A stretch of 59,011 nt of DNA from Nitrospirota bacterium (GTDB lineage: Bacteria; JACPQY01): NCBI GenBank assembly GCA_016180645.1, contig JACPAV010000008.1, forward strand, positions 62,001 through 121,011, given 5' to 3'. The stretch's first letter is position 1; each line of letters begins with the position of its first letter. Position numbers and translations under genes: made by a program. Under the pieces are notes generated by a model. It worked only from the letters and a program-made list of their open reading frames with translations, did no database searches and was not told the DNA's origin. This document shows positions 9,703 to 20,082 of this stretch, in pieces.

Positions 9703-11769
9703 CTACACACTCCACATGCGGTCCTCGAAGTCCGCCGGGGGCACGTCGAAACTCAAAAACCCAAGCCGCGGATATCGATCCTCCATCTGACCCTTCCGGC
9801 GCACCTCCACCACAAAGTACACGCGGGTTCCGGCCGGTGCCTGAAGCGGTTCCAACGGAACGCTCATCTCGATGACCTTCTGCCGCGCCGCCACCACCTT
9901 GCCCACCGCTGCGAATCCCCCTTCGGGCGTCCGGCTGAGGAGCGCGCCTTCCAAGGGAAGGATCTTGAAGTCCCGCAGCCCAAACACGAGATGGACGTGC
10001 AGATCTTCCGCTTCCTCCTCCGGCTCGGCGGGATCGAGGCGGAGATAGAGATGAGTCGAATCGAATCCGTAGTAGATCCGGTTCAGGTAGCCCACGCCCG
10101 CCGCGAGTCGTCCCGGATCACTTCGGCATTCGTAAGAACCCGCCGCGTACCATTCCGCGTAGCCCGAGACCAGCCCGTCGATCCGGGGCGAAATGAATCC
10201 CACGGGGCCGCGCGACTCCTCCATGATCCGGACCGGTTCCAGGAGATACGGCGGCGGCTCGCACCCCACGGCGTTGTAGACCTCGATCAGGTTGTTTCTG
10301 AACAGGAGGTCGAAGGTGTCGGCCTGATCAGTATGGAATGAATCGCCGTACCACCAGAACCAATCGCTCCCCTCCGCCGCGTACATGCGCTCCAGCGCCT
10401 TCTCACGAGCCTCCGGGGTCGATTCCCTCCGCGCGAGAAATCCCCGAGTCTTGGCCAGGATCTCCCACGCACGGTTCTTCCCCGCCTGCCCGATCCACAT
10501 TTCGAACTTTCCGTCGATCCACGAACCCGTTTGGATTCGGTCCGTTTCCCGAATGTCATCGCGCGGATCGGCCAGCACGTCGGACGGCGTGACCAATTCG
10601 CAATCGGACGCATGCTTGAGGACCTCCACGAATTTCTTCAGGAACGGGCCGCCGTGCCACGGATAGTACTCCCAGGGATTCTCCCCATCGAGGGCCAGGG
10701 AAAGGACCCCCCCCCCGGAGCCTCGCGCCGTGGCAAGCCGGCGTTCAAAATCGTTCACGGCATCCGATTCGTGCATTTTGTGGTATTTGAATCCGAGTGC
10801 GTCCGAAATCGCCCGGTCGCGAAAGAAGACGACCACATCGCCGTTTCCCACCCGCGTTCGCCAAGCCTTTCGATGGTCGCCGCCGGAGGGCATCAGCGCC
10901 TGGTCCGTCATCACCCAGCGCACCCCCTTTGAGGCGAGAACCGGGATCAGCTCGGGACACATCGACCCCTCGGAGGGCCACATTCCCACCGGACGCTTGA
11001 GCTTTTCTTCGATGAACCGGAGTCCCCGGTCGATCTGGGCTTCCGCGTCATCCGGATAGGAAAACCCCACGGCGGGCAACGGTGCCGAGGGCATGCACCG
11101 GCGGGCGTAGCCGGTATCCAGGAGGAGCGGCAGAACCGGATGGTGCAGAGGGCTCGTGGATACTTCCGTTTTGTCCAGGATCCGGCGATGCAGCGCACGC
11201 GATTCCTTCAGGATTTCTCGTTGGCAGTCGAGAACGAAGACCTTGTCCTTCTCCGTGAAGTGCGTCCCCTTGCGCACGAGCTCCGTCAGATCGGGATGCG
11301 ATTCGAGAGCGGTGAAACCGAACCACGTCAGGTTGAACCACACCTGAAGATCGCAAAGATCCGCCTTCGTGAAGGACATGGCCAGATCCTCCATTTCCTC
11401 CGGAGTGATCCGTTTCCCGCGTTTCTTGAAGAGCTCCCAATAGCGCGGGTACGGCTGGATCATCGTGTCCGGGTTGCAGGAGAAGAAATCCATCAGCAGC
11501 GCCTTGCGGTCGGCCGGCGTAAGTTCCCCGGCGGGCTTCTCCGTCAGGAGCTCGAAGGCGTCTTTCGTGCCCTGGACGTACATGTCGAGCTGCTTGAGAA
11601 GGGAGGGCGTGATGTTCAGCGTGATCTTGACGCCTTCGCGTTCGATCAGCGTGAGGACGTCGTGATACCCGTGGATGGCGTGAAGGCGCACCCACGGAAG
11701 GAGCAATCTTCCGGAAATCGGATCTTGGTACAGCGGCTGGTGCATGTGGAAGAGAATGACCAGCCTCAT
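9703..11769 (-). CDS. Glycoside hydrolase family 57 (amylopullulanase-like)
   Basis: HMHQP, WPSEG, LDGEN and AEGSDWFWW GH57 conserved regions. Confidence 0.9.
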   Translation of the reverse strand: MRLVILFHMHQPLYQDPISGRLLLPWVRLHAIHGYHDVLTLIEREGVKITLNITPSLLKQLDMYVQGTKDAFELLTEKPAGELTPADRKALLMDFFSCNPDTMIQPYPRYWELFKKRGKRITPEEMEDLAMSFTKADLCDLQVWFNLTWFGFTALESHPDLTELVRKGTHFTEKDKVFVLDCQREILKESRALHRRILDKTEVSTSPLHHPVLPLLLDTGYARRCMPSAPLPAVGFSYPDDAEAQIDRGLRFIEEKLKRPVGMWPSEGSMCPELIPVLASKGVRWVMTDQALMPSGGDHRKAWRTRVGNGDVVVFFRDRAISDALGFKYHKMHESDAVNDFERRLATARGSGGGVLSLALDGENPWEYYPWHGGPFLKKFVEVLKHASDCELVTPSDVLADPRDDIRETDRIQTGSWIDGKFEMWIGQAGKNRAWEILAKTRGFLARRESTPEAREKALERMYAAEGSDWFWWYGDSFHTDQADTFDLLFRNNLIEVYNAVGCEPPPYLLEPVRIMEESRGPVGFISPRIDGLVSGYAEWYAAGSYECRSDPGRLAAGVGYLNRIYYGFDSTHLYLRLDPAEPEEEAEDLHVHLVFGLRDFKILPLEGALLSRTPEGGFAAVGKVVAARQKVIEMSVPLEPLQAPAGTRVYFVVEVRRKGQMEDRYPRLGFLSFDVPPADFEDRMWSV

Positions 11770-11787
11770 TGGATCTCCTCGGGCCGG

Positions 11788-13038
11788 TCAGCTCAAGACC
11801 GTCCCCTTCGGAATCACCGTCAAGCCGGACTCGGTGACGAAAAACCGTTTCCGATCTTCCGCATGGTTGAACCCGATCTGCATGTTGTCCGGAATCTTCA
11901 CCCCCACGTCCGCGATGACTCGTTTCATGCGGACATAGCTCCCCACGTTCACTCCCGGCATGAGGATGGATTCCTGCACCGTCGCGAATGAATCGACCCG
12001 CACCTCGGGAAACAGAACGCTCCGGCTCACTTCGCCGCCGGCCAGAATGCAGCCCTCGGCCACCATGGAATCCAGCGCCATCCCCATTCGATTTGAATCC
12101 CCTCCTGAGAAGACAAATTTCGCCGGCGGGAGATCGAAGTGGCCGCACCGGATGGGCCAATCCTCGTTGTACAGATTGAAGTGCGGCGACACGCCGATCA
12201 GATCGAGGTTGGCATCGAAGTAGGATTCGAGCGTCCCAACATCTCTCCAGTAGGCCGTTTCCTTCCCGGAAACCCCAGGGACTTCATTCTCGTGAAAATT
12301 GTAGGCGAAAACGCGATGCTGCTCGATCATCCTTGGAATAACGACTCTCCCGAAATCATGCGACGAATCGTGGGCTTCCGCGTCTTCTTTAAGAACCTGC
12401 TTCAAGACATCGGTATTGAAAATGTAATTCCCCATTGAAGCAAGGACCTGCCCATCGCTTTCCGGATGCACATCGGCGGGCTTCTCCCGGAACTCGGTGA
12501 CGCGGCCCTCGGCATTGACGTCGAGCACGCCGTACAGGCGCGCCTCGTGAGCCGGACGCGGCACGGCCGCAATCGTCAATTCCGCCCCGGCCCCGATGTG
12601 GAACTTGAGCATCTGGCTCACGTCCATTTTGTAAATGTGATCGGCGCCGAAGATACACACGAAACGCGGGTCCTCGTTCTCCACCAGGTTCAGGTTTTGG
12701 AAAACGGCGTCCGCCGTTCCCATGAACCACCGTTCCCCCACGCGCATCTGGGCGGGCACGGGATCGATGTAGTGATTCAGGACGGAGGACAGCCGCCAGA
12801 CCTTGGAGATGTGGCGGTCGAGCGAGTCGGATTTATACTGGACCAGAACCTTAATCTTGTAGAATCCCGAATTGATGAGGTTGGAAAGGACGAAATCGAT
12901 GAGCCGGTAGCGTCCGCCGAAGTGGACTGCCGCCTTCGCGCGATCCCGGGTCAGTGGGAAGAGCCGCTCGCCTTTCCCTCCGGCCATGACGAACGTCAGC
13001 GCGTCGTCATTCTGCGGACAGACTACGCACTGGGTCAT
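11788..13038 (-). CDS. glgC: Glucose-1-phosphate adenylyltransferase
   Basis: MAGGKGERL.PLTRDRAK, GTADAV.QN, ADHIYKMD, EKP, ASMGNY, YWRDVGT. Confidence 0.95.
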   Translation of the reverse strand: MTQCVVCPQNDDALTFVMAGGKGERLFPLTRDRAKAAVHFGGRYRLIDFVLSNLINSGFYKIKVLVQYKSDSLDRHISKVWRLSSVLNHYIDPVPAQMRVGERWFMGTADAVFQNLNLVENEDPRFVCIFGADHIYKMDVSQMLKFHIGAGAELTIAAVPRPAHEARLYGVLDVNAEGRVTEFREKPADVHPESDGQVLASMGNYIFNTDVLKQVLKEDAEAHDSSHDFGRVVIPRMIEQHRVFAYNFHENEVPGVSGKETAYWRDVGTLESYFDANLDLIGVSPHFNLYNEDWPIRCGHFDLPPAKFVFSGGDSNRMGMALDSMVAEGCILAGGEVSRSVLFPEVRVDSFATVQESILMPGVNVGSYVRMKRVIADVGVKIPDNMQIGFNHAEDRKRFFVTESGLTVIPKGTVLS

Positions 13039-13365
13039 GCTCTTGACGGCCGTGCCTCCTCCCTTCGCTTATACGCTCTCAACGTCGGCGGGGTCCATGA
13101 CTCGCATCATACAAAACCGTCCGGCCCGGCGCCAATGATCGCACCCTTGAGATTCGGACGGGCTGGGTATATGGGGAAGTCATGACCAGGGATGGCACTC
13201 GCCTCGTTCTCCGGCCATGCCCGGCCGGGGCGACCGTTGCGAGCGCCGCGAGTCTCCTGCGCGTCGGCACGGCCGACCGTTCGTGAAATGTATCCCCCCC
13301 GCGGCCCGCTCCAACCGCGCATCGCCCTCTCCGCGGGGCTCCGGGGACGATGATAGGATGAGCCA

Positions 13366-15183
13366 TTGAATCCCCGCATCGCGTACTTCACGATGGAGAT
13401 CGGCGTCGATCCCGCGATTCCGACGTATGCCGGCGGACTCGGCGTCCTCGCCGGTGACACCCTGCGCGCCGCGGCCGATCTCGCTCTCCCCCTCGTAGGC
13501 GTCTCGCTCCTCCACCGAAAGGGCTACTTCCGCCAGCGGCTGGACAAGGAGGGCAATCAGACCGAAACGCCGTGCGACTGGAATCCCGAAAAAGTCTTGG
13601 AACCGCTCCCGGCAAGAGTTTCGATCGAGCTTGAAGGACGAACGGTGCGGGTCGGCGTGTGGCGGTTTCTTATCCGGGGCACGGGCGGAGGCGCGGCGCT
13701 GGAATCTTATGGTGATTCCACCCGCCGTCCCCGAAGTGGAGCGGAGGGGGTCGTTCCGGTCTACTTCCTCGATACGGACCTTCCCGAAAACACGCCATGG
13801 CACCGATCCCTCTGCGGCGCACTGTATGGAACGGATCTTCGATATCGTTTCTGCCAGGAGGCCGTGCTCGGCCTCGGGGGCGTGGCCGTCCTCCGGGCGA
13901 TCGGGCACGAGAGCATTCGGTTCTTCCACATGAATGAAGGACACTCGGCCCTCCTCACGCTTGCCCTTCTCGAAGAGCGGCTTCCGGGTCGAAGATGGGA
14001 ATCGGCCACGGAGACAGATCTCGACGCCGTACGCCGACAATGCGTCTTCACCACCCACACGCCGGTTCCCGCGGGACACGATCAGTTTCCGTGCTCGATG
14101 GTCGCCGAGGTGCTCGGCCGGGTGCGCTCGGACGCCCTCGATCGGCACGGCTGGTGCGATCGGACCCAGCTCAACATGACCCACCTGGCCCTCATGCTGT
14201 CGGACTACGTGAATGGAGTCGCCATGCGGCACGGCGAGGTCTCGCAGGATTTGTTCCCCGAGACTCCCATCGAATCGATCACGAACGGTGTGCACGCGGG
14301 GACTTGGGCCTCCCCGTCATTCGCCGCGCTCTTCGATCGCTACCTCCCCGCATGGAGAGGCGACAACTCCTACCTTCGATATGCCATCCGGATTCCACCC
14401 GCCGACATTCACCAAGCCCATGTGGAAGCGAAGGCCGCTCTCCTCGCCGAAGTGGAGCGCCGAACTCACGTCCGCCTCGATCCCAACGCCCTCACGCTCG
14501 GATTCGCCCGCCGGGCCACCGCGTACAAGCGGGCCGATCTCCTTTTCACCGATCTGAACCGGCTGAGATCCATCGCCTCCCAGCACGGCCGCCTCCAACT
14601 TGTTTTCGCGGGAAAGGCTCACCCGAATGACGAACCGGGAAAACATCTGATCCGACGGATCTTCCAGGCTTCCGCGGCCCTTTCGGAAGCGGTCCCCGTG
14701 GTGTATCTGGAAGAGTACGACATGGCGCTGGCCAAGACCGTTTGCGCAGGGGTGGACGTCTGGCTCAACACGCCCCAGCAGCCTCTCGAAGCTTCAGGCA
14801 CAAGCGGCATGAAGGCCGCGGTGAACGGCGTCCCCAGCTTGAGCGTCCTCGACGGCTGGTGGGTCGAAGGGCATGTCGAAGGCGTGACCGGATGGTCCAT
14901 CGGCGGCCATTGGGAGGACCTGAAGGTCCTCCCCTACGAAGCATCCCGTAGGGGCGAGGCATGCCTCGCCCCTACGGCTCCCTCTTCTTGGGCTCACAAC
15001 GATCGCCGCGGTGACGAGGTCCGTTCGCTCTATGACAAGCTCGAACAAACGATCCTGCCGCTCTACTTTCAGCGACCGGAGGAATTCGACCGCATCCGCC
15101 AATCCACCATTGTGGTGAATGGGTCCTTCTTCAACGCCCACCGCATGATGAACCAGTACATCCGCAACGCCTACCGGGAGTAA
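13366..15183 (+). CDS. glgP: Alpha-glucan phosphorylase, with two repeat-derived in-frame inserts
   Basis: YFTMEIG..YAGGLGVLAGD, MNEGH, FARRATAYKR, EASGTSGMK (PLP lysine). Confidence 0.93.
   Translation: MNPRIAYFTMEIGVDPAIPTYAGGLGVLAGDTLRAAADLALPLVGVSLLHRKGYFRQRLDKEGNQTETPCDWNPEKVLEPLPARVSIELEGRTVRVGVWRFLIRGTGGGAALESYGDSTRRPRSGAEGVVPVYFLDTDLPENTPWHRSLCGALYGTDLRYRFCQEAVLGLGGVAVLRAIGHESIRFFHMNEGHSALLTLALLEERLPGRRWESATETDLDAVRRQCVFTTHTPVPAGHDQFPCSMVAEVLGRVRSDALDRHGWCDRTQLNMTHLALMLSDYVNGVAMRHGEVSQDLFPETPIESITNGVHAGTWASPSFAALFDRYLPAWRGDNSYLRYAIRIPPADIHQAHVEAKAALLAEVERRTHVRLDPNALTLGFARRATAYKRADLLFTDLNRLRSIASQHGRLQLVFAGKAHPNDEPGKHLIRRIFQASAALSEAVPVVYLEEYDMALAKTVCAGVDVWLNTPQQPLEASGTSGMKAAVNGVPSLSVLDGWWVEGHVEGVTGWSIGGHWEDLKVLPYEASRRGEACLAPTAPSSWAHNDRRGDEVRSLYDKLEQTILPLYFQRPEEFDRIRQSTIVVNGSFFNAHRMMNQYIRNAYRE
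14912..14977. repeat. Two GTAG-type REP palindromes inside glgP
   Basis: GGGAGGACCT-GA-AGGTCCTCCC-CTAC (10-bp stem) followed by the perfect 32-bp palindrome CCGTAGGGGCGAGGCATGCCTCGCCCCTACGG (14946-14977). Confidence 0.9.
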
Positions 15184-15184
15184 G

Positions 15185-17029
15185 ATGGCGGACAAGATGG
15201 AGGCCCTCCGAAGGCTTGCGGAACTTCACGGTGTCCAGACCACGTACTACACGATCGAAGGCCAACGGCGCGACGCCAAGCCTGAAGTCCTCCTTGCCAT
15301 CCTGAAAGCACTCGGCGCGCCGATTCAGCGTTTGGAAGACGCTCCGGACGCCTTGCACAGATTGCTAGACGCCGCACAGCACCCCCCATCCGCACCTTCC
15401 TCCTCAAGGGGGGAAGGGATGGTAGCCGCACCCTTCATGGGTGCGTCTTCAGACGCAGGCATGAAGCCTGCGCCTACCCCCTCCCCCTCGAAGGGGGAGG
15501 GTGAGGGTGGGGGTGGGGGTGAGACCTTACAGCCCCTGAAGGCCTGGTCTCCCGGCAGCGGTGAACGCCGATGGGGGGTGTTTGTCCCGCTCTATTCTCT
15601 CCGTTCGTCGCGCAACTGGGGCGTCGGCGATTTCACCGACATTGAAAACCTTGTGGATTGGGTCGGCGGTCTCGGAGGAGGAATCGTCGGCACACTTCCC
15701 CTCCTGGCAACCTTCCTCGACGATCCCTTCGCCGCATGCCCTTACACACCGGTCAGCCGGATGTTCTGGAATGAGCTGTTCATCGATGTCGAAGGCATCC
15801 CGGAATTGGCGGACACACCGGAAGCCTCCTCGCTTGCGTCGTCAGCGGATTTCAGATCGGAAATTCGCGAGCAACGCGAAATACAGCTCGTGGACTACCG
15901 GGGTGTCATGCAACTCAAGCGGAGGGTGCTGGAGCGATTGGCCGACTCTATCTCTTCACGGCCCGGCGGCAGGCTCGATGCATTCCTCGCATTCCGCTCC
16001 GAGCACCCGAGACTGAACGACTACGCCCGATTCCGCGCGGTAGGGGAGCGGAGCCAGCAGCCTTGGAGGACATGGCCCGAGCCGGCCCGGAACGGCACTC
16101 TCACCCCGGGCGATTCCGACCCCCGCGCCGAACAATATCATGCCTATGTGCAGTGGATCGCCCACGAGCAGTTGACTTCTCTCGCGCGGCGGGCACGAAT
16201 GAAGAATGTGCTCCTCTACCTCGATTTTCCCCTGGGGGTTCATCCCGACGGCTACGACGCCTGGCGGTTCAGCGAGATGTTCGTCGAGGGTGTTTCCGTC
16301 GGCGCTCCTCCGGATCCCTTTTTCTCGAAGGGCCAGCGTTGGGGCTTCGCTCCCTTGCACCCGCAACGGCTACTCGACTCGGGGAACCGGCTGTGGTCGG
16401 ACTCCATCCGCCACCACATGGGCTGCGCGGGAATACTCCGAATCGATCACGTTATGGGTCTCCATCGCCAATTCTGGATTCCCGATGGTTTCGAAGCGAT
16501 GGACGGTGTCTACGTGCGGTATCCGAAGAGCGACCTCTATGATGCGTTGTGCCGGGAATCGCTCGCCCATGAAACGATTGTGGTGGGTGAGGACCTCGGG
16601 ACCGTTCCCGAGGAACTTCGGCCTGCCCTCCATGAGCGTGGGATTCTCCGCCTTTTCATCCTCTCGTTTGAGCAAGACCTCACCGGCGGGCGGCCGCTCC
16701 CAACGCCTCCCTTCGACTCCGTCGCCGGGCTGAACACGCACGACATCCCGCCGTTCGCCGCCCTCTGGGGTGATCGCCCGAATCGATCGGAGGCGTTGCG
16801 CCGCTGCCACGATCATCTGGCCGGCGGGCCGGCCTTCGCGACGCTCGTGAATCTCGAAGATCTATGGTTCGAAACCGAACCGCAGAACAGGCCGGGCACG
16901 ACCGACGAATTCCCCAATTGGAGGCGGAAGGCGCGAAAAACATTTGAGGAATTCTCCTCGGACGGGAGCATCATGCTGGCGTTGAAGCGAGTGGACCGGC
17001 TCCGGCGGGGAGTACCTCCGGAATCTTAA
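15185..17029 (+). CDS. malQ: 4-alpha-glucanotransferase (GH77) with a repeat-derived insert
   Basis: LYSLRS..WGVGDF, GAPPDPF, LRIDHVMG, GEDLG, THD, NRPGT..NWRRK. Confidence 0.92.
   Translation: MADKMEALRRLAELHGVQTTYYTIEGQRRDAKPEVLLAILKALGAPIQRLEDAPDALHRLLDAAQHPPSAPSSSRGEGMVAAPFMGASSDAGMKPAPTPSPSKGEGEGGGGGETLQPLKAWSPGSGERRWGVFVPLYSLRSSRNWGVGDFTDIENLVDWVGGLGGGIVGTLPLLATFLDDPFAACPYTPVSRMFWNELFIDVEGIPELADTPEASSLASSADFRSEIREQREIQLVDYRGVMQLKRRVLERLADSISSRPGGRLDAFLAFRSEHPRLNDYARFRAVGERSQQPWRTWPEPARNGTLTPGDSDPRAEQYHAYVQWIAHEQLTSLARRARMKNVLLYLDFPLGVHPDGYDAWRFSEMFVEGVSVGAPPDPFFSKGQRWGFAPLHPQRLLDSGNRLWSDSIRHHMGCAGILRIDHVMGLHRQFWIPDGFEAMDGVYVRYPKSDLYDALCRESLAHETIVVGEDLGTVPEELRPALHERGILRLFILSFEQDLTGGRPLPTPPFDSVAGLNTHDIPPFAALWGDRPNRSEALRRCHDHLAGGPAFATLVNLEDLWFETEPQNRPGTTDEFPNWRRKARKTFEEFSSDGSIMLALKRVDRLRRGVPPES
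15380..15522. repeat. Composite palindromic repeat inside malQ: C/G-rich hairpin arms flanking a GTAG doublet (15422-15477)
   Basis: CCTTCCTCC-TCAA-GGGGGGAAGG, then GTAGCCGCACCC..GGGTGCG-TCTTCAGA-CGCAGGC..GCCTGCGCCTAC, then CCCTCCCCCT-CGA-AGGGGGAGGG-TGAGGGTGGGGGTG. Confidence 0.85.
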
Positions 17030-17031
17030 TC

Positions 17032-18957
17032 ATGTTCACCGTTTCCTCCGCGCTGACCGATCTGGATCTCCACCTTTTCAACGAGGGGACGCACGGCCGC
17101 CTTTATCGCAAGCTCGGAGCCCATTCGATCAATCCCCGGCCGGACTCCGGAGTGCGCTTTGCCATATGGGCACCCGCCGCGGAAAGCGTCTCCGTGATCG
17201 GCTCGTTCAATCAGTGGAAACCGAACGTCCATCCGCTGTCCGCGAAGGGAAGCTCCGGAATATGGGAGGGCACGGCGGAAAAAGCCCAGAAGGGCGATTT
17301 GTATAAGTTCCACGTTGTGCCCAGGGGCGGCGTCGCACGTTTCGACAAGACCGATCCCTTCTCGTTCTTCACGGAGCAGCCGCCGAAAACGGCCTCGATC
17401 ATCTGGAATCTCGACTACTCGTGGGGGGACGGCGAGTGGATGCACGGCCGTGGGGAACGAACCACCCGCTCCAAGCCGGTCTCCATCTACGAAGTTCACC
17501 TCGGCTCGTGGAAACGCGTGGCGGGCGAAGGTCATCGATCCCTCTCCTACCGGGAGGCCGCGGCCCAACTCTCCGATTACGTGAAGGACACCGGCTTCAC
17601 TCACGTCGAATTCCTCCCTCTCATGGAGCACCCCTTTTTTGGTTCATGGGGCTACCAGACCACCGGGTACTTCGCGCCGAGCAGCTACTACGGAACGCCG
17701 CAGGATCTGATGTTCCTGATCGATACCCTCCATCGCAACGGGATCGGCGTCATCCTGGACTGGGTCCCCTCGCATTTTCCCACGGATCCCCACAGCCTCG
17801 GAGAGTTCGACGGAACCCACCTGTACGAACACGCCGATCCCCGACAGGGCGTTCACCCGGATTGGAACAGCTACGTCTTCAATTACGGCCGGCATGAAGT
17901 CCGGAGTTTCCTCCTGAGCAGCGCCATCTTCTGGCTCGACCTCTATCATGCCGACGGCCTTCGTGTGGATGCCGTCGCCTCCATGCTCTACCGGGACTAT
18001 TCGCGCAAAGACGGCGAATGGATTCCCCATCCCACGGGAGGCAGGGAAGACACCGACGCCATCGACTTCCTGCGCCGTCTCAACGAGACCGTCTATCAGG
18101 AGTATCCGGATGTCCAGATGATCGCCGAGGAGTCCACGGCCTGGCCCGCGGTATCGCACCCCACAAACACAGGCGGGCTCGGCTTCGGCTACAAGTGGGA
18201 CATGGGATGGATGAACGACACCCTGCGCTACTTTTCGCAGGATCCCGTCCATCGCAAGCATCACCACCCAAAGCTCACCTTCCGCCAACTGTACTCCCAC
18301 TCCGAGAATTTCGTGCTGCCGCTGTCGCACGACGAAGTGACCCACGGAAAGGGTTCGCTCCTCGGGAAAATGCCCGGGGATGACTGGCAGAAATTCGCCA
18401 ATCTTCGCCTCCTTCTCGCGTGGCAGTTCGCGCAGCCCGGCAAGAAACTCCTGTTCATGGGCGGCGAAATCGGTCAGCGAAGCGAATGGAATCACGACGG
18501 AAGCATCGAATGGCCACTCCTCCAACACGCACCCCACGCCGGCATCGGGAAGTGGGTCCGGGACCTCAATCGAATCTATGTAACCTCGCCCGCGCTCCAT
18601 GCCCTCGACTGCGACCCCGCGGGATTCGAATGGATTGAATGCAATGACGCTTCCTCCAGCGTGTTGGCTTTTCTCCGCCGCTCCGCTGATCCGGGAGAGA
18701 CCGTGCTCGCCGCCTTCAACTTCACGCCTGTGGTGCGCACCTCATTCCGGGTGGGCGTTCCCTTCGAAGGCGCCTGGCAGGAAACGCTGAACAGCGACTC
18801 CACACTCTACGGCGGGAGCGGCCATGGAAACATGGGCCAAGTCACGGCGATGGCCCTCCCCTCCCATGGCCGGCCATTTTCCGTTGTCCTCGCCCTCCCA
18901 CCCTTGGCGGCCATCTTCCTCTCGGCCCCCGTACCCGAACACGCTCCTGTCCGATAG
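17032..18957 (+). CDS. glgB: 1,4-alpha-glucan branching enzyme
   Basis: YEVHLGSW, SWGYQ, LDWVPSHF, LRVDAVASM, AEEST, LSHDE. Confidence 0.95.
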   Translation: MFTVSSALTDLDLHLFNEGTHGRLYRKLGAHSINPRPDSGVRFAIWAPAAESVSVIGSFNQWKPNVHPLSAKGSSGIWEGTAEKAQKGDLYKFHVVPRGGVARFDKTDPFSFFTEQPPKTASIIWNLDYSWGDGEWMHGRGERTTRSKPVSIYEVHLGSWKRVAGEGHRSLSYREAAAQLSDYVKDTGFTHVEFLPLMEHPFFGSWGYQTTGYFAPSSYYGTPQDLMFLIDTLHRNGIGVILDWVPSHFPTDPHSLGEFDGTHLYEHADPRQGVHPDWNSYVFNYGRHEVRSFLLSSAIFWLDLYHADGLRVDAVASMLYRDYSRKDGEWIPHPTGGREDTDAIDFLRRLNETVYQEYPDVQMIAEESTAWPAVSHPTNTGGLGFGYKWDMGWMNDTLRYFSQDPVHRKHHHPKLTFRQLYSHSENFVLPLSHDEVTHGKGSLLGKMPGDDWQKFANLRLLLAWQFAQPGKKLLFMGGEIGQRSEWNHDGSIEWPLLQHAPHAGIGKWVRDLNRIYVTSPALHALDCDPAGFEWIECNDASSSVLAFLRRSADPGETVLAAFNFTPVVRTSFRVGVPFEGAWQETLNSDSTLYGGSGHGNMGQVTAMALPSHGRPFSVVLALPPLAAIFLSAPVPEHAPVR

Positions 18958-19013
18958 CACCGCGTTTCTTTTGACAGCCACTCCGTGTCACGGGTAGACT
19001 TCCCGTTGGGCCA

Positions 19014-19976
19014 ATGGAGATCGGACTAGTCCACATGGTGAGGCGTTACGCATGGTTCCCGATACCGGCCTTGCTGGCCTCCGCACTCGTCTTCTCCTGC
19101 GGTTCCGATGGACCGTCGTTCGAACCGCCCCCCGCTCCCGCGAGAGGTCTACAGCTCCGCATGACGCCCTTCGATATCCAATCCAATCACGAGCGGGAAA
19201 TTTTCCAGGCCCGGCGGCTCGAATCCGACGAAGACCTCTACGTCAATCGAATCGAGGTTAAGATGCCCGAGGGCAGCCACCACTTCATTCTCTATGTAGC
19301 CGATCCGGAGCGACAGGACATCAAGGAAGGGACTCGCCAGTTCTTCAATTCCGACGATCCTCTTTTCGCAGAGCTCAAGTTTGGCGCCCGCGAAGGGAGT
19401 TTCGTTCTGGGCTCCCAGGAGCCCTACCTCAACATGCAGTTTCCAGTGGGAGTGGCCTTCAGACTGCGGGCTCAGCAGTGGCTCATCTTCAATTCACATT
19501 TCATCAACCTGGACGGCTCACATCCAATTCGCGGCGAGGTGGCCTTGAACCTGCACACGATTCCGGAGTCCGACGTGCGCCATCTGGCACGGCCCATATT
19601 CGAGAACAATCCACTCATCCTCGTGCTGCCCGGCGAGACTCGCACCACCGAATATGTGTGGACACCCGACCGGGACATCCAACTCCTCTCCCTCACTTCC
19701 CACATGCACAAACGCGCGATCGATTTCACCGCCCGGCTGATTGAGGGCGGTCAGAAGGTCGATCCCCCTCTCATGTCCACCCAAACCTGGGACCATCCCG
19801 CCGTGAGATATTTCGATCCTCCCCTTCCCATCTCGGAAGGTCAGGGCGTCAATTTCTCCTGTACACACACCAACGACAAGAGTATCCCCCTCATCTTCGG
19901 CTTCACCTCGGATGACGAGATGTGCATCATGATCGGTTTCTATTACGCCGAATCCGACCGCCTCTCCCTCCACTAG
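19014..19976 (+). CDS. Copper type II (PHM/DBH-like) monooxygenase-domain lipoprotein
   Basis: Lipobox-like VFSC; SHHF, NSHF, SHMH and EMC copper-ligand pattern. True start may be ATG 19035. Confidence 0.7.
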   Translation: MEIGLVHMVRRYAWFPIPALLASALVFSCGSDGPSFEPPPAPARGLQLRMTPFDIQSNHEREIFQARRLESDEDLYVNRIEVKMPEGSHHFILYVADPERQDIKEGTRQFFNSDDPLFAELKFGAREGSFVLGSQEPYLNMQFPVGVAFRLRAQQWLIFNSHFINLDGSHPIRGEVALNLHTIPESDVRHLARPIFENNPLILVLPGETRTTEYVWTPDRDIQLLSLTSHMHKRAIDFTARLIEGGQKVDPPLMSTQTWDHPAVRYFDPPLPISEGQGVNFSCTHTNDKSIPLIFGFTSDDEMCIMIGFYYAESDRLSLH

Positions 19977-20082
19977 GCCTGACACGCCCGCCCCGCCCCT
20001 GGACTCCCGGACTAAACGACAGTAGAACTCGCCTCAGGCAGGACGGAGATCGGTCCGAACCGATCCATGCCCACGAAACCGG

